Shown here: one piece after another, positions 55,840 to 64,000 of the stretch
Position numbering within the stretch: the stretch's first letter is position 1
Layout: each line of letters starts with the position of its first letter
From: Eledone cirrhosa
Lineage: Eukaryota
DNA length: 64,000 nucleotides
Reading direction: 5' to 3'
Assembly: GCA_964016885.1 (NCBI GenBank)
Contig: OZ024745.1
Span: 35,340,001 to 35,404,000 of the forward strand
Translations under genes and position numbers: made by a program
Notes under the pieces: model-generated
The model's input: the letters and a program-made list of their open reading frames with translations, nothing else
Databases searched by the model: none
What the model was told of the DNA's origin: nothing

Positions 55840-56405
55840 TATACATAGGTATCAGAACGACTATAAAGGGAAGAAACTATCCTGCTGATGTATAAATCCT
55901 ACTAACGCATATGTTTAACGTATACCTGTGGCTTCCATGCTAGAACCTTTCAAGCATTTGAGTTATCCATTCTCGACAACATTGCAGCCTGCTCTGAACT
56001 GACAATTATAACGAGGTAATTACGTGTATATTCCTAATGGCAACATTTAGAACAATATAAGAAGTAATGCTCCTCAGGGAGAGGGGGCATTCTCAGTCGT
56101 CAGAAGTATTCTGCAAGCAATCGACCATTCAATATGTTATGATCAGTATTGAACTGGAAGCAATCAAATGGTGTAATAGAAACGGATTGATTCTTTGCAG
56201 CAAGCGAACTACTAGAAGTTAACAGCTCTAATACTTGGATCAAAAGCGATATTTATGAAATAATTACTACTAAGAAGGACTTGTGATGGCTGCTACCAAT
56301 CCTTCGCATTGAAAGCTATAGAAATTTTGAACTGAGTTTCTTTATATTGTGACACTCGTTGGATAATTTGTCCAGGATGTTAGGACTAGATACTAAAGTA
56401 GCATA
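55840..56405 (+). pseudogene. Decayed YWTD-like exon
   Basis: DYKGKKL (55859-55879), RIPVASM, AIDHSICYDQY*TG (56117-56158) and GVIETD. Confidence 0.45.
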
Positions 56406-56787
56406 AGTAACTCCCAACTAAAGATGATAATGGCTTTGCATGGAATTACAACAGTTTGTAGATATACTACCGTGTAAAATGCATGAAATGAAAGAAGCGG
56501 ATCGAGCACTCTAATTCAAATTAATAATATGCACATGATGAAAGTTACTGCAGCATATATGATTGTGCACCACCAGGGTAAGGGACCAACTGGCTGAATC
56601 TGATGATTGTCATTCACTCAGATAGTTGCATTAAATCATTATATATATTTAATCAAACACGTATAAACTCACATGTATGTATGTTCTTCTGGTTTTATAA
56701 TTTCACAAAGTTTATAATTTCACAATGTATGTATGTATGTATGTATGTATGTATGTATGTATGTATGTATGTATGTATGTATATATA

Positions 56788-59673
56788 TCTCTCTTAATTT
56801 CGAGTATATTTTTTTTTTGACCGGTCACCTTCCTGGTGGCAAGGTTGTAAAAGAAAAGAAATTGTCATCCCTTGAATCGCAAGAATGTTTTGCAAATTTT
56901 GAAGGTGCCAGCTTTCGCAGCCATTTGTAGTCTATGAATTAGGGAGCTGCGCTTTTTGTCCGCAAATCCAAGTTCAGTCATACTTTGGTCCAAGCGGGTT
57001 GGTATATAACCCGTAGCTCCAATAATGATGGGCATGAAGCTAAAGGTGTATCATGGATACTGGATTTGTAAACTCCTCATCAATGGTCCGTAGATGTCCT
57101 CCTTCTCCTGTATTTTTCTCACAACGTTTACATCAAGTGGGCAGCTGATCTCCACAACAGAACACGTTTTCAATGTGTGGTCCCAAACAACAATATCAGG
57201 CCGGTTGTGCTTTAATTTGGTGGCAGTTTTTATTTTCAGTTTCCACCAGTATTCCTTAGTGCCATCTGTCTCAATATATTCTTCCTCGTTTGCTGTTAAT
57301 TTTGTTTTCCGAAGTGCGTTCCAGATGGTTCTAGCTATCCCATCATGTCTCATGGGGAGGTAGTAGCGAGATGACATTCTTTCGCAGCTGGCAACAATGT
57401 GGCTTACGTCCTCGATCTTTGTTTTACATAGCCTACATTTATTGTCAGCTGCTGGCCCCCCTCTTTTGTGCAGCAGATATTTGGTAGGGAGTTCTTGTTC
57501 GTGTATTGCATAGAGATATCCCTCAAGGTGTGATGTCATAAACTTGTCGGAACTCCATGCCAGGCTTTTTGAGTGGTTTATCCCCTCTATGGTCTGTGTT
57601 TTACGCCTCAAGTATCCATGCACAACTTTTTCTATAAATTGGTCAATTTTTTTATCTTGTTTGAACATTGAATAGGATCTTCCGATTTCTCTGGGTGAGA
57701 GATTTATATCAGGCTTTATTCCATATCTCTCCTCCAGATCAGTGGCTATTCTAATGATATATTTTTTTCATGCTCATAAACCTGGGCAAGTTGAAGGTGT
57801 TGCTTCAGTGTTACTATCCGGGTCTCATATGTTGTTAATATTGATTTTAGACCCCGGCCACCTTCCTTGCGTGAGAAGTATAGCCTATCCACATCACCAT
57901 TGATGTTAAAGTTCCCAGTAACACTGAGAAGTTTTCGAGTTCTAACATCCATCTCACTTAGTTCTTGCAATGACCAGTTCAGCAGGCCAAATGTTGGCGT
58001 TAGAATTGGCACAGCATAAGTATTGTGGGCAATGTATTTGTTATATGCTGACAGTTCTGATGACAATATTTTCTTCACTCTTCTGAGGTATTCAGTTCTG
58101 GTTCTCTCCTTATTTATGGGTCCATCATATCTGACATTCTCATCCTGTCCAAGATATCTGTAGTTGTCACCTGACTGTAGACATTGTATTGCTAGGCCGT
58201 TCATCTCTAGATTTCTCGAGGAGGGCACAGCTCTTCCACGTTTTACTGCCAAATATGCACACTTGGACTCACCAAATTTCATTTTGATGTCGGTTGAAAA
58301 TTGTGTAATGAGGTCCAATTCTTTCTTGATGTCATTGATATTTGGCCCATACAACTTCAGGTCATCAACAAAGAAAAGATGGCAGATACTTCTGGGCCCA
58401 CTTCTTTGTCCACCTTGTTTCCTGGGTAGGTAAGATAGTGGATTCAGTGAGAGAACGACAAGCTATCACCCTGAAAGATGCCCTTCTGGTAAAGTATCTG
58501 ATTAGTCTTAACTTGCTCCTTCTCACCTCTAAGGATCAAATTGGTGTACCAGTTCTTGGTCAGGCGTTCAACAGCAGCTACCAATGGTTGTGGGACTTTA
58601 GCTAACTGTAAAGCCTTAATAATCCACCCATGAGGTACACTATCAAATGCTTTTTGATAGTCCAGCCACACCACAGTCATGTTTCTGCGATTCTTTGTTG
58701 TTTTTTCCTAAATCATTTTGTTAGTTAGTAGGTGATCTATGCAACCCCACACCTCCCTCTTTTCACCAGCTTGCTCAGGTGTTATGATGTTGTTGGTAGC
58801 ACAGTGATCCTGTAAGAACAGGTTAAGGCATCCAGTATATAATTTATACATGATGTTTTGGCAGGCTATTGGGCGGTAATTTTTAGCAAGGGTGGTTTGG
58901 CTATTTTGGGGAATGAGGAGAGTAGTGGCAGTTGATAACCATCTGGGCAGTTCTTGTGTGCCTTTAATGGTTCTTGTAAACAGCCGTATGAGATCTTGCC
59001 GATAGAAAGTGAAATTCTTCAACCAGTATCCTGTAATGAGGTCTGGGCCTGGCGATTTCCTATTCGACATTTTCAGTAGAGCTGTTTCCAGTATTGACCC
59101 AGCTATGTCATATTGTTTTATCTGGACATATTGGCAGTAGTCCTGTTCCAGTTTTTTTAGCCAATTAGCTTGTCTGTTGAATCCGTCATCCGTTTCCCAT
59201 ACAGATCTCCAGTAGCTCTCAACCTGTTCTTTTGAAGGGGTGTCGTTTACAGGGATTGAGCTTTTGGCGCCGAAGCTGCGATAAACTGATTTAGGATCTC
59301 TGGCAAACAATCTATTTAGCACTTGTCGTTTATGTGCTGTTGACTTATATTTTAGTCTTTCTGTTGTAGCTGTGAGGTCTTGTTTCAACTGGTGTAATTT
59401 GGAGTTCAAAGTTTTTAAATTTTGTATCTCCAAATCGTCTCTCTAACTTTTTCTTTAGGTCTTCCTGGTGTCGTGTGAAGTTGCTCTCTATGTTTCATTT
59501 CATAACGACTGCGATGTGTGAGATACTTCGTCTCAGGGACAAAATTTTGGTTTTAAATTTCGCATCCACGCTGGTTCAGGCTTTCTGTTTGTATCTTGAT
59601 TGCGTGGTTTTAGATGTGTGTTATATGATAGCAATGTGACAGCTGAAACATATAACAAAACATTAAGCGTTTC
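56788..59673 (-). mobile_element. R4/Dong-type retrotransposon, copy B (RT + RLE, disrupted)
   Basis: KSPGPDLITGYWLK, NYRPIAC, WLDYQKAFDSVPH, GIFQGDSLS, HLFFVDDLKL, YRYLG, GGRGL, CRLC..RHD..RPD; (TATG)n on both sides. Confidence 0.95.
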
Positions 59674-59724
59674 TATGTATGTATGTATGTATGTATGTAT
59701 GTATGTATGTATGTATGTATGTAT

Positions 59725-60042
59725 GTTTTCTCTTTCTCTTAATTTTGAGTATATTTTTTTGACCGGCCACCTTCCTGGTGGCAAGGTTGTAAAAGAAAAG
59801 AAATTGTCATCCCTTGAATCGCAAGAATGTTTTGCAAATTTTGAAGGTGCCAGCTATCGCAGCCATTTGTAGACTATGAATTAGGGAGCTGCGCTTTTTG
59901 TCCGCAAATCCAAGTTCAGTCATACTTTGGTCCAAGCGGGTTGGTATATAACCCGTAGCACCAATAATGATGGGTATGAAGCTAAAGGTGTATCTTGGAT
60001 ACTGGATTTGTAAACTCATCAATGGTTCGTAGATGTCCTCCT
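59725..60042 (-). mobile_element. R4/Dong-type retrotransposon, short 3' copy C
   Basis: Near-identical to the 3' ends of copies A and B; (TATG)n on both sides. Confidence 0.93.
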
Positions 60043-60120
60043 ATGTATGTATGTATGTATGTATGTATGTATGTATGTATGTATGTATGTATGTATGTAT
60101 GTATGTATGTATGTATGTAT

Positions 60121-60375
60121 GTAGTGCCTTTGCTCACTATAAAAGCTTCACGGCACAGGCATTGCTTTATATCTGGAGATCTCTCTGCACTTGTCGTCAC
60201 ATGGTACCATGGGCCCAGCACTATGTGTCAATAATTGTCACAAGTGTAGTGTTTGTACCAGAGTTTTCAAATCGCTGGCTGGACTAAAAAGTCACACTTG
60301 TTCAGCGCATCGGTAGGGGTTCTCCTACATGGATATAAAGTAGTGGCCGTACTCGAAACGAGTTGGCAGCCACCA
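60121..60375 (+). mobile_element. 3' fragment of an RTE-like LINE followed by (TGTA)n
   Basis: CHKCSVCTRVFKSLAGLKSHTCSAHR* (zinc-finger-like C-terminus), 3' hairpin CTCG-aaa-CGAG, then (ATGT)n. Confidence 0.7.
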
Positions 60376-61039
60376 TGTATGTATGTATGTATGTATGTAT
60401 GTATGTATGTATGTATGTATGTATGTATGTATGTATGTATGTATGTATGTATGTATGTATGAATGTATGTATGTATGCATGTATGTATGTATGTATATGT
60501 CATTGTAAGTCATATAGAGATCCATATGAACACAGTAACTCCGCACTCATATAGTACACACAGTAGTTCTGCACTCATATACACACTCATAATCAGACAC
60601 AACATGAATATCATCATGTGATTCTAAATCCGACATTTCCAACTGCACACTCACAATATTGTAAGACATAATCATTCAGTATTTGCTAAAGATACATTTT
60701 CTTTTTCTTCATTTATATAAGAAATACAAAATAAATTCTATGTCTATTCTATTACTATGCTGAAACGAAATTAATAACAATCTTTAAATTTGCAAGCCCT
60801 TGTTACATTAACAAAACAAGCAAATAATTAAAAATAATGTTAAAGCCACCCAAAACGCAGATTTACTATATTTAAATTTGAAGGAGAACATGATAATATT
60901 AGATTACAATATGGATAACATGAATTTAAAGGACGCTCAATCTGGTCGCTAAAAGGAATAAACAAGGTAATTGGTTATTAATACAAGCATTACCAAAATT
61001 CAACTTGTAATGTCCTTATTAATCGAATTGAACATTTTA

Positions 61040-62640
61040 CATTAAGCCTCTGGAAATGAAACGAATAGATTATTAGGTTGAAAGCTACACTGATACTCCA
61101 AAAGAAAACCGTTCTCCACTCGACGAAGAAATTCCACAATATTTGCTATTGCAAATATAATAACCCACGATTAGGTAGAGTTGATAAATGATCTCATTAA
61201 GGGTGCTTCAGCCACCCATAAAACACATTTGATCCGAGCAAACATTGACAAACCCATTACTGACCAAATTCTATATTAATTATAGAATAATACAGTAGAA
61301 ATATCATATGTATGCAAAATACAGAAAATTTAAGGTATCACATGAAGATCCATGGAAAAATGGGAGAAGTTGTAACATGATAACTGCTGATAAATAAAAC
61401 ATTTTAAACCACTGTCACCTCCGTGGATCATGTATCACCAAACTTTTAAAACCAGTGATACCTCCATGAATCATGTATCACCAACCATTTTAAGCCAGTG
61501 ACACCTCCATGGATCATGTATCCCCAAACATTTAAAACCAGTGATACCACCATGGATCATGTATCACCAAACATTTTAAACCAGTGATACCTCCATGAAT
61601 CATGTATCACCAACCATTTTAAGCCAGTGACACCTCCATGGATCATGTATCACCAAACATTTTAAACCAGTGATACCTCCATGGATCATGTTTCACCAAC
61701 CATTTTAAGCCACTGACACCTCCATGGATCATGTATCACCAACCATTTTAAGCCAGTGATACCTCATGTACAAAGATTATATGTAAATAATATGTGCAAA
61801 GATGATATGTCAATAATATATGCAAAGATAATATGTGCAAAGATGATATGTCAAACAAATCAGTAAAGAGAATATAGATTAAATAGACAATAAAACGTAG
61901 AGATCGATATACACCAATGACATTTAAAGCTCACTTCTATGCTGGTTTAGTTGACTCCTTACGTGTTTGCATCCCAAAGAAGATTGTTTGGGCTTTTTAC
62001 TGATTAATGCTCTGGTTATATCATGGTAAACAATGTAAAATAAAACGAATTGTTTAAGAACACACCACCCTGTATAGAAATCAAAACTAAGATGTTATGA
62101 TCGAGTTACACATACCCTAAACGCTAGGCTACGCAACTCCACGTCTAGATGATCATAGTAGAAAAGATTTTGAACATGTATTTTTTTCAATCGCGTTTGA
62201 ATTTGATATAAAAGGTTAATATAGGAAGAGAACGATGACAATTTGAACTCAGCACACTGTCATTCAGTCTCTCTCTGTCTACTACTCATAGATGGCTGAA
62301 TGGTAAGAAGTTCGCTTCTTAATCTCCAGGATAGAGGTGTGATCCCACTGCATAGTGTTTTCGGAATGGGCGTTTACCATGGCTTCGAGTCGACACAAGC
62401 CCGTGAGTGAAATTGAGAATTCAGAATATATGGATAGGAAGTCCGTCAAATGGATTTTATATGTAATTCAAATGTCAGACATTGTCACACATTGTGTCAC
62501 ACTGATTCAGCAGTTTAAGAATTACACTAAATATATATATATATGTCTGTGGAATATTCAACCACATATATGTCAATTGACGAGCTCCTTGAACAACTAT
62601 ATGCTCATCGTCGAAATCGAAGAAGAATGTATTTTCTATT
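61040..62640 (+). pseudogene. Further decayed YWTD-like segments
   Basis: TFDPSKH (61225-61245); IDNKT*RSIYTND (61883-61921); LHPKED; MSIDELLEQLY (62570-62602); VFSIDMK followed by gtatag. Confidence 0.45.
61397..61768. repeat. 43-bp minisatellite, about 8.6 copies
   Basis: Unit AAACATTTTAAACCAGTGATACCTCCATGGATCATGTATCACC; period checked at 61409/61452. Confidence 0.97.
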
Positions 62641-63590
62641 GATATGAAAAGTATAGTTTGCAGTTTTAAAATAGACTAATTTAAAGGAAGATGTGGATGA
62701 GTGTGTACGAGTTTAAGAATGCTAGTATGTGATACATGCGTATGTATGCATGTGTTTGTGTTATATCGAAAGTGCATGTGCAGTAGAATAGAAAATCAAT
62801 ATAATTTAAGTTAACGTAACAGAGTATTAAGAAAACACAACATCAACGGATTGTCTCCAGTTCATTTGGTGCAATCTTTGATACTGACAGTATCAAAAAG
62901 ATTTCGTCTCCATAAACAAACACAGCTCTATAATCTACAAAGAGTAAATTATTTACTGTGTTGGATCATTATAGTTTTCAATATTATATATTTCATAATC
63001 ATCACATCCAAAACCACCTTCAAAATGACGAATACAAATATAACCAGAATCACACACAATCAGACAATGTGTACCAAGGTAACGTGTAACGTCAAATTGA
63101 AACGCAACAATGCCGCATCTAACAAACCACAAACAACTAAAAGACTAACATGAGTAGAATACATAAAAAATAACATAAGAGAAATAATAAACTAAAATTA
63201 TAATGACAGTAAAAGTAAAGAAATAAAATTAAAGACTGCGAAAATACAATGATTCAAAAAATACAGCAACAACAAAGATAAATAAATAAATAAATAAAGC
63301 AAAGTTCTCTAAAAATCAATTAAATCAGTGGAACAATCGTATCGTACAAAAGTAAACGAAAACGGCCTAGACACATGTGCACACATACACATAGACCACA
63401 CGCACATTCTCTCTCACACACTTATATATATATATTTACATATATATATATACACACTCATATAAGTACACACATACCAATACATCCGCAGACACAAATA
63501 TACATACTTGTACAAGCATACAAACAAGCGCATGTCTGAACAAACGCAAACTCACTCACACACACACATAACCACACACACACACCCACC

Positions 63591-63622
<32 letters not shown>

Positions 63623-64000
63623 CATACACAAAAAGGAACGTCGAAATATACATACAAATATTCACAAACACATACATAAATACGAACACATACAAGTATC
63701 CATATCTAAACATACATACACATGTACATAAATGCATACATATATAACCGCATACTAGTGCACCATCACACACACGCACAACCGCACACAATTACTGACA
63801 TATAATGAAACCAAATCCACCAACGAGTATAAAACACAGAATGAATCGTACACACAAACAAACATATACATAGAAACATGCACAAATAAACTACCACCCA
63901 TGTACATATGCATACGCACAAACACAAATAGACGAAAACGCATCTATACTAACACCCAAACACGAATACTCTCCCCCACACACACATACATACACTCAAA

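Noticed and set aside
61397-61768. CRISPR-like palindromic repeat array
   Set aside because: Units are contiguous with no unique spacers, there are no cas genes, and the context is eukaryotic.

Overview
AT-rich, microsatellite-saturated animal DNA. The SINE families point to an octopod cephalopod (inference). I find no intact host gene, and most ORF-track entries are translations of (TA)n, (TG)n or (TATG)n. The window contains: (1) a 200-N gap (4815-5014), with 1-4814 repeated almost identically at 16634-21487, probably a retained allelic overlap; (2) many tRNA-derived SINEs; (3) a nearly full-length decayed Tx1/L1-type LINE (44.0-49.66 kb, minus); (4) three young R4/Dong-type RLE retrotransposon copies and one old relative, all at (TACA)n tracts in the same orientation; (5) HERO-, Ingi/Vingi- and RTE-like relics; (6) Penelope-like (GIY-YIG) pieces and small inverted/tandem elements inside (TA)n, several carrying minimal type-I hammerhead ribozyme folds, with one copy truncated at the predicted cleavage site; (7) not visible in the ORF track, a plus-strand series of heavily decayed exon-like blocks with YWTD (LDL-receptor class B) motifs from about 0.5 to 62.6 kb, suggesting a fossil LRP-like gene or gene cluster. 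All calls were made by eye; no searches or folding programs were run.
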